Positions 12,033-24,406 are shown, numbered from the stretch's first letter. The stretch: 64,000 nucleotides of DNA from Harriotta raleighana (GCA_050575255.1 JBNZDD010013730.1:2768503-2832502); one strand, 5' to 3'. Notes: generated from the sequence alone by a model not told the origin. Numbers and translations: made by a program.

Positions 12033-12712
12033 GGTCAAAACCTCAGCACCAGCATCAGCAGCTACCAAAGCAACAGCAAAAGCCAAGCATGGAAGGAAAC
12101 GCTCACACCAAATCAACAGTGTTCAGGACCGGCAGTGAGCCGGCGCTTAGCCCAACGATTGTCCGAAGGCTGACGTTGGAAACACAGGCTGGGGAAGCGC
12201 TTAGAGGTTCTGACAGCCAACTCTGCCCGAAGCCACCACCGAAACCCAGCAAAGTACCCTCTATGAGAATGCCACACTCGCCTTTGTTAGTCGACGATCC
12301 CCAGAGAGACCACCGCTGTGAACGAGTGCCTTCCACTCCCTCGGAAGGGCCAAGGACAGCCCAGGATTTTGGCCAACACAACGGTTACGTAGAAAGGCTG
12401 AAAACTGAAGAGCAGGTAAAACCCCTCTTTCAAAAATCAGACTCTATCCTCGGCAAGTCTGACGGGAGCTCGCCCCAAACCGTGGTTCCTGCTGAGGATG
12501 AAAACCGGGAGGAGGAGAAGAGGGAAGTCATTGTGTTCCTCAGACCAGTGTTGGAAACGGTTTCCTGTTTTAAACCTAACGACTTTAACTCAAAGATGCT
12601 TCCTCCTGACAACAAGCCCCTGGAAACATCGGTGATCAAGCACGTCAAAGAACTGTTTGCCTGCGTTGACCCCAAAACTATTGCAAAGCACATCCTTAAA
12701 GTGGATAGTCAG
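12033..12712 (+). CDS. BCAR3: BCAR3 coding exon, Pro/Ser-rich region and start of Cdc25-like domain
   Basis: tcgcag|GG...CAG|gtatga, 680 nt; VFRTGSEPALSP, AGEALRGSDSQLCPKPPPKP, NKPLETSVIKHVKELF. Confidence 0.96.
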
Positions 12713-12922
12713 GTATGAACTGTGTGATCGGATAATTCATTCGGTAAACGACCCACTCGCACATCTGGCACTAAAACCCACCAATTACGTGCAGGATAAT
12801 GTAAAGAATGTTTAAGTCGAGCGACTAAGTTCAGAGGCAACAAATATAACAAGTTGCATTTATATCGCGCCTTTCACATTGGGAGGACATACCCAGGTGA
12901 CAGGACAGGCAGGGGTTGGANT

Positions 12923-12965
<43 letters not shown>

Positions 12966-14325
12966 AATTGAGGGAAGGGCCTAGAGGGAAGATGACCAAT
13001 AACGAGGTCAAAGAGAAAGAATTGTAAATGCCTTACAGCTCCCATAACTTTGCAGTAGGAATTTTTCACTCAGCTATATTTTGTTATTGTTGTCCTTTGT
13101 GCCCACATTGAAGGTTTCTCTCTCCACAGATCTGAACTGTGCTGAGTTGTTGAAAGTGTTAGTTATCTTCTGGTATGAAACCTCGCTCAAGGGTTTTTTT
13201 TTTTTAAAAACGACTGGATGGTGTGCTTGGAAGCATCTCCTTGAGATCAAATCACAAATTGCTGTGCTTTCACCTGCTTGTGTTTTTTTTTGCAGTTTGC
13301 ATGATACAGATCAGAAACATACTCGCCACTAATGTAAAAAGTGTCTAAGATATGGATCTGCTGCTACAGATCTATAAGGTCCTGTTTTATTCCAGAATTA
13401 ACGTCACAGTAGATTATTTCAAGCGCACTACAATCTTGTCCAGCAGCTACTATTGAATGCAGAGGCTTATACTATTACAGTATGCACGTCTGCCATCACA
13501 AATAAAATACGAGGCTTACGTTTACCCATATATCATGTCTTTTTTTGTAAAAAAAAAAGTCTCAAAGTGTTTCACAGAACGAAATAAATTAGAAGTGAAT
13601 GTTATCATGCAGGCAAGTGTAGGTTTGTAGTTTGTGGGATTAGAGGAAAAGATCCCGAGTGTAGCCAGACCCACTTAGTAAAGGATGTTTGACTGAAACA
13701 GTTGTTACTACTCCCCTGAACTGACTCTGTGGGAGTCCCATATTGGTAAGTGTGCTCACCTCGCAAGCGAGAGAACTCAGGTTCTTCGCAAGAGTAAAGA
13801 AACTCTAGCCAATTTTTCTTCAGATTTTTTCCTCTCTTTCTTTACTGAAGGTACTTGATTTATTTTTGCTATCAGGATACAATTCCCATGGGTAATGGGT
13901 TGTCCGAGACCTCTCCCCAAGTCCGAGTGAACCCTTATCCTCTGTGTAGAAGCCTCGACAGATGAGTGTTGGCAGGTGAGGACAAACCCAAGAGAAGAAT
14001 GCTCATTCCCTCACATAACATCTGCTATTGAGGGCATTGCCAAGTGGAATATTGTTCCTGTTTCTTCACTCCCCAATCAGCAGCCTTCAGACCCAATTGT
14101 AAAACCTCAACCACTGTGCTGGCTGAGATCAATTAACAGCACAGAACAGGATTTGAACCCGCGACCTTCCAGTCTGTCTAATTGAGCACCAAACCCAGAC
14201 GGCCATCAAGTAAAGAAAGCTAATTAATTAATGTTTGAATGTGAAGGGACTGAAATGTTTTTAATAAGCTCAGCCAAGAAATGTCCTGGCTGCTCATAAT
14301 AAATTGGGACTTTTGATCCTCTCAG

Positions 14326-14441
14326 GTTGCTAGGATACTTGACGTTTCGGAAGAAATGGAGGCAAAGATGGGAGTGAGCTCGGGTCTGGAACTTATTACA
14401 CTGTCTCATGGGCATCAACTGCGTCTGGATTTAATAGAAAG
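14326..14441 (+). CDS. BCAR3: BCAR3 coding exon, Cdc25-like domain
   Basis: ctctcag|GTT...AG|gtaaac, 116 nt; VARILDVSEEMEAKMGVSSGLELITLSHGHQLRLDLIER. Confidence 0.96.
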
Positions 14442-14786
14442 GTAAACAGTATGATTGCGCTATTTATACAGTAAACTATAACAGCACTCAGTTTTCTAAA
14501 GGCTGCAACGAAATGTTACACCAACATAGAAAACAGATTCTATTCTGCGCTCAGATGCTAAAACAATTAGAAATCGGCCGAGCAGAGGATTAAAGATAGT
14601 CAAAATGCGTCTTGCTCTTTTTACACCAAAGCCAGCGAATACCTAGGTCAAACCATTATACAGCTCAGAGCTCTGTCGGAACAGACAAGTCAATGGGAAG
14701 TTGTGCAAAAGGGGTGCGATACAGAGATGCTGTAGCAGTGGAAAAGGTAGAGCAAGTGATTAGTAAGGATGAGCACTGCCTCTTTT

Positions 14787-15000
14787 ATAATAACAATAAT
14801 CATCCTTGCATTTGATATAGCGCTTTTCACATCTGTGACATCCCAAAGCGCTTCACAGAATATACTGTAAATGAATTGACTGTAAATTTGTGGGCGAAAC
14901 ACAGCAGCCAATTGTGCACAGCAACGTCCCCCACAAACAGTCGTGGTTTGAAATGACCAATTTTATTATTGTGGGGGTTTTTTTTTGGGGGGGGAGGGAT
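14787..15000 (-). mobile_element. Deu-core SINE, 3' portion
   Basis: Tail and core match 7401-7716; head absent. Confidence 0.8.
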
Positions 15001-15163
15001 TTAAAAGGATGACGGTCAGCTAAAAAAACCGATATTTTAAATCGAAGGCGGATTTTGCTTCAGGAATGGCAATACGTGATATCCCCCCATTCAGTCAAAG
15101 GGCCTGCAAAACTCATGGGAGGTTTGTTTTTGTTTAAAAAAAATAATTCCTGCATTTTCTCAG

Positions 15164-15335
15164 GCACAATACGCTGGCTATTGCGATTGCAGTGGATATC
15201 CTCGGCTGTACAGGAAGTTTAGAAGAAAGAGCTGAAGTGTTAAACAAGTTCATCCAACTCGCACTGGAACTGAAAAATTCCATGGGAGATCTGTACGCTT
15301 TCTCAGCTGTAATGAAAGCCTTAGACATGCCACAG
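15164..15335 (+). CDS. BCAR3: BCAR3 coding exon, Cdc25-like domain
   Basis: ttctcag|G...CAG|gtaata, 172 nt; HNTLAIAIAVDILGCTGSLEERAEVLNKFIQLALELKNSMGDLYAFSAVMKALDMPQ. Confidence 0.96.
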
Positions 15336-15413
15336 GTAATACTTGTATTACTTTACTTTTACCGTATACAGTAAAACTGGATCGAGTCTCATCTTTATAA
15401 ATTATATATAATA

Positions 15414-15730
15414 TATAATAAATCTTGCATTTGATATAGCGCTTTTCTCGTCATCTATTATGTCTCAAAGTGCTTCACAGAATGTACTATAATGTGAATT
15501 GACTGTATATTTGTGGGCAAAACGCAGCAGCCAATTGCGCACAGCAGTGTCCCCGACAAACAATCGTTTGGGATTGAAATGAGCAATTTTATTATTGTAT
15601 TTTTTATTGGAGGGATTATTATTAGGCGTGTGGAGTAAGGAAACTTACCCAAGGTTTCGCCCTGATCTGCTTGGATTCGAACACAGGTCTCACGCTTGTA
15701 AGGCGAGCGCTCTAACCACTGAGCAGTCCT
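15414..15730 (-). mobile_element. Full-length Deu-core SINE
   Basis: Head, core and tail as in 7401-7716. Confidence 0.85.
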
Positions 15731-15976
15731 ATAATCGCCTAAATCGTACATTCAGAATTAGTCCTAGTAGTTTATTAAAGTTAGTTAAAATGCTTCTTCC
15801 TCTGCATTGAGCCCAGTCGATTTGGGCTTTCATACCTGGGTGAAACAAGTGTTTTATTAAAAGAGCAGGAGCACTGAATCTAATTCTTCTCAATAAGTGC
15901 CCGCATCCCTGGGCTGAGTATTACTGCAAATGGCGATCTTTTCATTGCCTTTCTTCACTTCTTGTTGCCCCCCCAG

Positions 15977-16088
15977 GTTGCACGTTTAGAACAAACCTGG
16001 ACCACACTGAGGCACAAATACACCCAAAACGCTATCCTCTATGAGAAGACGCTCAAACCATTCATAAAAGCTCTAAACGAGGGAAAAG
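15977..16088 (+). CDS. BCAR3: BCAR3 coding exon, Cdc25-like domain
   Basis: cccccag|GTT...G|gtgggt, 112 nt; VARLEQTWTTLRHKYTQNAILYEKTLKPFIKALNEGK. Confidence 0.95.
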
Positions 16089-16518
16089 GTGGGTATTTTG
16101 CAACACATATATATTTATATCTATTTGTGACGGCTCGTGATGAAACTGGATTGAGCAATGCTGACTCCAGGTCGTGTCTCGGAGGTGTGACCAGAACGCA
16201 CTCAGACTGCTGTCGGGTTAAATTCCTGCCTTTAGATTGGCTCAACCCTCCCCTCCCGAATAACTGTAGCACACATTCCACGGTCAGGCTTTTAAAATTA
16301 GTGTTAGTTTCGCTCAAAATACCTATCAGTATTGCGAGATTTTCCAATCAATCGATCGAAAAACAGCTCAGTGAATGGGTGCATGAGTTACTGAATAAAC
16401 GAATGTGAGGAAAACATGCCAAGTTTTGTTTGATTTTTTTTTAAATGCTTTGTTTGCAATAATGTAGGATGCCTCAGTTGATATTTCAAGACTCAAGATT
16501 TACTCTTTATGCTTCCAG

Positions 16519-16725
16519 AGGAAATTCCACTCAGCAACACAACAGTCCCACTTATCCTGCCCCTAATCACCCTGATGGAACGTCAGACTGTCAACTCCGA
16601 AAACGTCGAACTGTGGGAAAATAATGATCAGAGCTGCGAAATCATGCTCAAACATCTGGAGAATGCTCGCTCCATCACACAGAATGCTGCTGCACACAAA
16701 GCCAACACGGAAAAGATTCTGGAAG
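16519..16725 (+). CDS. BCAR3: BCAR3 coding exon containing the p130Cas-binding helix
   Basis: ttccag|AG...G|gtaagc, 207 nt; VPLILPLITLMERQ...WENNDQSCEIMLKHLENAR, equivalents of human L744 and R748 retained. Confidence 0.95.
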
Positions 16726-16857
16726 GTAAGCGCTCTTATTTATAATAACCACACTTACATTTTGGTGGAACGGCCACTAAAACAACATGACATTTTATAG
16801 AGCGTCTTTCGTGGTGGGAGGACGTCCCGAGGCGTTGAGGTCTTCGTGAAGAAGACA

Positions 16858-17005
16858 TAATAATAATAATAATCCTTACATTTGATATAGCGGCTTTCGC
16901 ATCGTATCGACGTCTCAAAGCGCTTCACAGAATATACTGTAAAGTGAATTGACTGTATATTTGTGGGCGAGACGCGGGAGCCAGTTGCGCACAGCAGCGA
17001 CTCGC
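16858..17005 (-). mobile_element. Deu-core SINE 3' portion, next to an L2 tail at 16780-16845
   Basis: (AAT)n then CCTTACATTTGATATAGCG...AGTTGCGCACAGCAGCG. Confidence 0.78.
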
Positions 17006-17308
17006 AAAAGTAAAGTGCACTGATTGCTTTTTTGGGGGTGAAGAAAATGTTCCGTGTTGGTATAAAGGACAACCAAGACAATTGCCATTTGGTTCACAAG
17101 TGGTGGGTATCTCAGCTGTGTTTCCTGATTGAAACCACATTGCCAAAAATCTGCAGCTCGCACAGGTGTGAACTTTCCTCCACTCTTTCTCCTCTCTCCC
17201 TGCGAGACGCCATTATAAATAAATTATTCTGTCCATATCACAGTGAAACTTCTCGTTTGGAGGTTTGGCTATCTACTCCATTCACTCTTGTTGTTTCTTT
17301 GTCCTTAG

Positions 17309-17484
17309 ATTTCCAGTCAGACGAAGAAATGCTCGAAGCATTTAAGACTGAATTTGCAATGAGGCTGCTGTGGGGGAGCAAAGGAGCACAAGTCAGCCAG
17401 AGGGAACGATATGAAAAATTTATAATGATCCTAACAGCTTTATCGCGGAAACTCGAGCCACCAATCAGTCATTCAGCCAAGTAG
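17309..17484 (+). CDS. BCAR3: BCAR3 last coding exon
   Basis: ccttag|AT...TAG; DFQSDEEMLEAFKTEFAMRLLWGSKGAQVSQRERYEKFIMILTALSRKLEPPISHSAK*; the nine exons sum to 2142 nt in one frame. Confidence 0.96.
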
Positions 17485-18000
17485 AAGCAACCGAAAGGCC
17501 CAACGAACGTAAAAAAAAAGTGTGTCAGAACGCAACCTATGTTAAACATTTCCTAATACACTCGCTCATAATTGAAATAGCACAACTGCTTCCAACTATC
17601 AGTGTTCTAACTACCACCCCCATCTCCCATTGTATTTCATCGCCAACCTCTTGTAAAAGTTTTAACTTTCAGGCAATTCTGCAATATATTGTGAAGCTGA
17701 GATGTTAGCAGGTATTCAGTCAGACCAGTGGGTTAAACTCTATAAGCTGTGCTCACACCTTAAATTAAACAGAAGGTGCTAGATATTCCAGTGAGTATAA
17801 ATGGGATTGGTGAAGTTTGTATCAGCGTTGGATGCTGTAAATAATAACAGAAACATTTGGTGTGTCTTCTTCCAGAAAAGCTTCATTCACTTAATATATT
17901 TTCTTACTGTAAAATCAAGGAGAACATGTAAATACAATTCTGTAAAAAAAAAATTACATATTTTATGCGGTAGTGTCCAGATGTTGTATTAATGTGATCT

Positions 18001-18006
18001 AATAAA
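18001..18006 (+). promoter_or_regulatory. Probable BCAR3 polyadenylation signal
   Basis: AATAAA about 520 nt after the stop, TGTA motifs upstream, GT-rich cttgtggtgtg about 20 nt downstream. Confidence 0.65.
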
Positions 18007-19214
18007 ATCACGGGACTCGGTAACTTGTGGTGTGCTCACCCAAGTTTTATTCCTTTACAATCAGGTGTGAATCTCCTATAAAAATTAAGGTGCCTTTGCC
18101 TACTCGGTTCTGGCCAATTGACCTGCCATTATGTTTGATCTCCTAGTCTCTCTCTCTATCTCTCTCAAACTTTAGTTCTTTTTTGGGGGGAAAAAAATTA
18201 TTCCATGCCTCCTGAATCATTTGCTTTTCAGCAAATATTCAGCCAAATTTTGTTTAATCCTCGATCCGAATTCGAAGTTCCCTGGGTACGTACTTAAGAT
18301 GAGTGAGTTTAGTTAGCGAAGTAGCATGACAGTAATGTGGTACATGTACGATGAACATTTACTGAAGTGCTGATGCTGGATTTTTCTCGTGGCTTTGGGG
18401 AGGAATATGGAGAATCAACATACTTAATTTCCCTCTTCAAACCACATCCTCCTTCCGAAACAATAATGTTACAGGAAAATACACACTAATGAGGAATTAC
18501 ATTCCCCCAGCTAATTAAAAGGTGTAAAGAGATACATCCTGGAGCTTCACTGAAGTCAGTTTCAATCCCGATAAGCAACTATTTTTTACACATTTGTCAA
18601 ATCAATGACAAGTCCCTAAGAAGCAATTATTTTCGCACCAGAACATTAGCAATTTGCCTGCAACTAAAAAGGGAATCTGGGATCAGTCGGAGTTTTACAC
18701 CGAGATGTCCCGTGGAAAGTCAGCAAATCTCACAAGTCTCATCAAAGGTGCGTATCCGTTTCCTCCATTATCGAGGTCAGCTCTGAGATGAATTGATGGA
18801 GCACCTCAGTTTGGATGTGACATCTCCCAACCTGGGTTTGGCTCGTATTCCTTACTGTTGTATAGGCACTGACTGTTTTTTTCATTTTTAAGTTCCAAGT
18901 AAACCACAAAAATCTTCTGCCAAGCACAATAAAACATGAAGGGCTAGAAGTCCATTCACCTGTATCTCTCTCTGCCTGCAAAGTGGTTGAAAATCAAACT
19001 TAATTATTTAACAAAAAGCTTGTTTTTAAAAAAAAAACGTAAATCAATAAGAACCGTCATTTAGCAGTGTGGAGCGCACTTTTAATAGCTTTTGAATTTA
19101 ATAATTCATGCAAACTTGTGTTGTTCCAGCCAATGGTCTGTCAACAGTGGCCCACACTAAATCTGACCGGCAGTCAGGGGCTAACTGAACGCTTTTCCAG
19201 CTCTGCATTCATTT

Positions 19215-19576
19215 CCCTCCGCTCGGCAGGCTCCGGCCTGCTCCATGTCCCCTGTCCCACTCACCCCACCATTGGCGGGCGAGCCTTCAGCCACACTGCC
19301 CCCAACCTTTGAAATTTCATCCCGCAATCCCTCCTTCCATCCCGCAATCACCTTTGATCCCCCCACCTCCACCAACCTACCTGAAATTCCTGCCTCAAGA
19401 CCCTCCTCTTCGACCATGCCATCGGTCACCTCACTTCTCCCACCCTCCCTCCCCCGTCAACAACACTCCCCAAATGCCCACCCCCGGCTCGGATCCGAAA
19501 CACTGACAGTCCAGCGCCTTGGGACGCCCTCCAGACGCGAAAGGCGCTAAACAAATGTGATTTTGTTGTTGTTGTT
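19215..19576 (+). mobile_element. L2 LINE 3' fragment
   Basis: Encodes [29 protein letters not shown] (L2 ORF2 C-terminus), ends in (GTT)n. Confidence 0.8.
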
Positions 19577-22500
19577 CTGACCAGCAACGGACAAACCCAC
19601 ACTCCCCTTTCTCAGCTTTGGACCTCCCCGAGGACAGAGCTAAAATTCCTTTCGGGGTAGTGCTCTACAGAGGGAGCAGTATGCATTACATTATTTTGCA
19701 GCTCTGCCGGCAAAAATGAAGGACATAGGAATGACACGAGCGTAAGATGTATACAGGCAGCGTCTCACCACAGTGATTCACACATTTTACCAACTGCAAA
19801 ACCTATCTCGTGCATGTAATTCACGAGAGTGCACATAATTGTTATGCTTCTGTGTCATGGTATTTTTAAGTTCCACCAAAAACTGTTTATACTGGGAAAG
19901 TTTTCCGTTGTACAGCACTTATTGTAACAGGATCCTTCAGGCAATTAGTTTACATAACTCTGGAAAAATAGCATGTACACTGGCGGTAATAAATAAAGAT
20001 GTCAAACTGACCCAACCCGGTGAAAAATCAACAGAGAGCTCACATATTTATAAGTGTAGCACATGGATCATTAATATACTGCACACTAAAAGAAAATGAT
20101 CCTTAGTGTTACGTTACACATTTCGGAGAACAGGCATCCGTGGAAATTAATCAGTGGAGAAATCATTTGAGCTTTCAAATAGAAAGGCTTCAAATAGGCA
20201 GTCCAAAAACACTGCTCCCAACACTACGTGGCAAGCTTCAGATCTGGGTCAGATGCCAAAGGGAATCACCAGGATTTGGGTTCCTGTTTCCTGGTGAAAA
20301 CCACTAGGACTACTAGGTTTTCACAGAGCCAGAGAGAAACCAGGAACTCAAGGGACCCAGGTACACCCACATCCAAACCAACAGGGTGAAGAATTGTTTG
20401 TGTGTGAGAGAGACACACACACACACACACACAACCACACACAGGGTAATTCTGTCCACCACACCAAAAAAATCCCATCTATAATTAAATACAAAAACAC
20501 AAATGAACATTACACTAACTACAGTTTAGGTTTTTTCACAGGCATTAGATGTGTTTAAAAAAAACAACACACACCCTAAAGAAACAAGTTTGTTCACTGT
20601 CTCCATCCTGTGGCCAGATTTAAGTTTCAAGCAATCTGTATGTGTTCAGGCAGGTTACTCCGTACCTTCAATCAATCAATCAAAATTATATTTATTTGGA
20701 GCCTTTCATGTAGGGAGGATGTCCCAAGGCGTTGTCCCAAGGCGTTGTACAGTCAAGTAGGGATCACAGCAGTGGGGGGAAGGGTCGGGGGAAGGAAAGT
20801 AGAAAAAATTGACTATATTTCTGGGCAAAATTTTGGGACCTTGTTCCAAAACCACCGGGCACAACGGGTGAATGATTATAAAGTGATATATCTATCGTCG
20901 ATGCAGAAGTGCTCTCCAGCTAGACACTATTCAATGTCATGAGATATGGCGGAACCATTCATTTCAAAATATATATTCACATACCCGGGCAGAGGTTTCT
21001 GAATTCAACCACAATTATGGGGTGTGGTTTACATATCTTCTGTTCTTCATATGGAATTTGCATGACTGTCTTCCCACCTCACCCACCCGAGATGGTACTC
21101 AAGGTTATACATGCAAATCTAGAGCAGAGAAAGAGGCCCATCAAACCTGCATCGACTCAGAGAGAGGATATCGCTTCAATCTTATCCCTGTACCCCTTCA
21201 AGCGCCACTCTTTCATATGCCTATCTACTGCCTTCTTGAGAACTACAATGGAAACCAACTTCTACCACCCTACTCTATAGGGTCTTCCCTCCACAAATAC
21301 TCTCTGGGTGAAAATTCCTTCTGTTCTCCTTTCACTTGTGGCAATCTTGCATCTATGACCCTCGGTACGTTGCGACATACTCCCGTCGTGAAAGGCGCTC
21401 TACAAATGTAATTGTGCTGACATTTGTACTTACTGACTCCCCAAACAGTGTAAGCAACGTCTATTTACCCCAATGCAACTCTCGTGATTACCTTATTTTT
21501 CCAATACATAAGGCAAGGATTATTATTTTGATATTATGCACTTCAATCAGAACCTTCTCTTTGAAAACATCAATCGTATTTTTACCATATAACATCTGAT
21601 CCTTAAGATTGCTGTGTGATACATCCAACAGTAAGTTTAGGATTTAATTGTTGCAGTGACTGATCAAGGAACTCTCCAACCTTTTAGCATTTGTTTGAAA
21701 ATGTTTGAAACTACTAGAATTACAGTTTGATGCTGGTCCAGAAAGACTCTGTACCACTGACTGATCAGGCAAACTCGACAGCCAAATATTAGTAAAGAAA
21801 TCCTACCAAACCAGAGGGTAAGCAACTTGCATATCATTAAAATCTTACTGGATATTTTTATCCTATATTAGTGAGTTCCAAATGCTAAAGATCGCAAAGG
21901 GTTGGTTTCATTTTTATTGTTGGTTGCTCAGATTTGTTCATGACTGTTTAGTTCACTGTAATAACTATATTTAACATAAGACTGACTCTGTTTTTAAAAA
22001 AAAAATTGCTTACCATCAAATCGTTTCTAAATAAAATTCCTTATGTGATCCTATAGTTTGGAGAAATGGGCTGGTCACATGTACTTATAGCAAAAAGCAT
22101 TTGGACAGCAATCCAGAGTTGGAATATTGGCTAATATTTCTCTCTCAAGCTCAGGCTTGTAGAGGTGAGATGCAAATCAACGTTGCCTTGACTAAACCTA
22201 TTCTAAACCATGCAATAAACCTGGGAACTCACTTGGTTTACCTGGATCAGTGAAACAATCTGAGCTGTAATTTCCAAACAAATCATTTCAGCTTTAAGAA
22301 TTTATTTTGCTGAAAGCCTGACATTCCAAAGTACAGTATTTGAGTGGCTTTAATTTAGTCTGATTAAAACTAAGCGTTTGTTATTTTACTTGCTAACATA
22401 AAACAAATCTAAGCGTATCAATTTACATCAGTGGATTAATAACAAAGGAAGCAACGGAAGGAGGATAGAGAAACAGGGAATAGAGGCATACAGGCGAGGG

Positions 22501-23521
22501 GAATAGGAATATAAACTCCAGCAGAGTAATTGGACCAAATGGCTACTCTTACGTGGGAATTTCCCAACATTTACTTTCTGGCCATAAATATCAAGACCTT
22601 TCATTTGGGTTGAGTACTGGAGAGAGGCCAACACCATAGTATCGCACCCAGCCTGAGTCACTGCCTTCAGCAGAACAAGGTTGATTCAGGGTGGCATAGG
22701 AATCGTCTAATAACAAGCAGCTCCTAGAGAGAAAACCAGTTTAATTACTGTACTTTACATTCAGGATATCATGAGGACTTTAGTCAAATTGATTTTTCTT
22801 CCACTTCAGCGGTGTGATTGGGTGGTAGGACAATTATTTTTTCCAGAAATAAAAAGAATCCAAGAAAGAATGCGCTAAAGATCCTAAGGAAATGGATCTG
22901 TCACCACAAACATCAGGGTAAAATAACTTGTTAAGTCTCCGTAAATCATTTCACTCAAGCCTGGACGTACTTCCATGTTTAGTCAAGAGTACTGGGTGAA
23001 AAAGCACATTCCACAAAGCGTTGTTTCAGAACATGTTCTCAAAATTCAAAATATGCTTCATCTCTGCTTCAAAGACTGATTAAGGGCCCAAGAATATTAC
23101 CTGATATTCATTACTTAGCCTAGTAAAAAAAAATTGCGCTTTAATTGCAAAGTTGATTGGATGTGATTTTGTCGGTGATGTAAGTGAGTGATGAACAATT
23201 TTTTACTTTACAATCTTTACCTAAAATCAAGCATGCATAATTGCCTACTGCTATAATAAGAATATTTATTCAGAAAAATAAATGAGGCCAGTAGAGTTTC
23301 ACTTGTCTTGCTGTCCAGAATACCGTATACCTGTACATGATTTTAAGCCATTGTCATCATCTCAATCTTTTCATTTCTCAAGAATTTCTTCAGACGTCAG
23401 TAAGATTCACAAAGGGCCAGACACGAAAACCTCTCGGCGACTCCAAAGTTCACTCCTTCTTTCCAGTTTTATTGGAAGTTATTCAAATACAGGCAAGGTC
23501 AGCCTGCCATGATAATGCTAC

Positions 23522-24406
23522 AAAAACAAGTTGCTGGGGAAACTCAGCAGGTCAGGCAGCATCCATAGAGAAAGGAAAGTGAGTCAATGTTTCGGGTCCA
23601 CGACCCTTTGGGAGTGTTTGAAGGGAGAGGTTTTTAAGGACATTAGAGGGGGGGGGTGAGAGGGGGAGGCAGGACATGGAAAGCAAAGGAGACAAAGAAG
23701 ACAAAGGAAAAAGAGTGTGTAAACTGATGGGTTGAAAATGTGATAACGATGTAAAGGAGAGAAACAAGAGGGGGGTAGGTTTCAACGAAACTGGGGAGAA
23801 GAGGTGTTTAGTGGTGACAGAACAGACACAAGGGAGGGGATGTCTGGAGTTATGATTGTGATGGGGGAGGGGTGGCTCTTATGGTTTGAAGTGGCTGAAA
23901 TTGATGTCGAGGCCAGAGGGCTGCAAGGTCCCCAGCAGATAGATGAGTTGCTGTTCCTCAAGCTTTCACTGTGGGTCACTGAAACAGCGCAGGAGACCAT
24001 GGATGGAAAGGTCAGCCCCTGAATGTGAGCACGAGTTGAAATGGAGGGAGACCGGAAGATCAGGGCTGACCTTCCGTACAGAGCGAAGGTGCTCTGCAAA
24101 TCGGTCTCCAAATCTGCGCTTAGTCTCCCCAAAATAAAGGAGGCCACATTGTGAGCAGCGGATGCAGTATACTATATTGCTGGTAGTACATGTGAATCGC
24201 TGCCTCACACGGAAGCTGTGTTTTGGCCCCTGGAGAGTGGTTTGGGTGGAGGTGAAAGGGCAGGTATTACACGGGAAGGCGTCAGAGGAAGGAGAGCAGC
24301 CAGGGATGCTGACGGGGGAGTGAACCAAAGAATCCCGGAGGGAACGGTCCCTTCGGAGTGCAGAGAAGGGAAATATATCCCTGGTGGATGGGTCACATTG
24401 CAGGTG
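23522..24406 (-). mobile_element. 5'-truncated Penelope-like retroelement (GIY-YIG endonuclease, one in-frame stop)
   Basis: Frame 24406-23879: ...FTCTTSNIVYCIRCSQCGLLYFGETKRRFGDRFAEH...LPVSLHFN...Q*KLEEQQLIYLLGTLQPSGLDINF; 12-bp TSD TGATAATGCTAC at 23510-23521 and 24407-24418. Confidence 0.9.

Noticed and set aside
12923-12964. Run of about 42 G, a possible G-quadruplex
   Set aside because: Adjacent to an N inside an L2 tail; homopolymer length is unreliable.
15474-15640. Cryptic TTCACAG acceptor and GGA|GTAAGG donor in an antisense SINE in a BCAR3 intron
   Set aside because: Present in most copies of the consensus, weak pyrimidine tract, no sign of exonisation.
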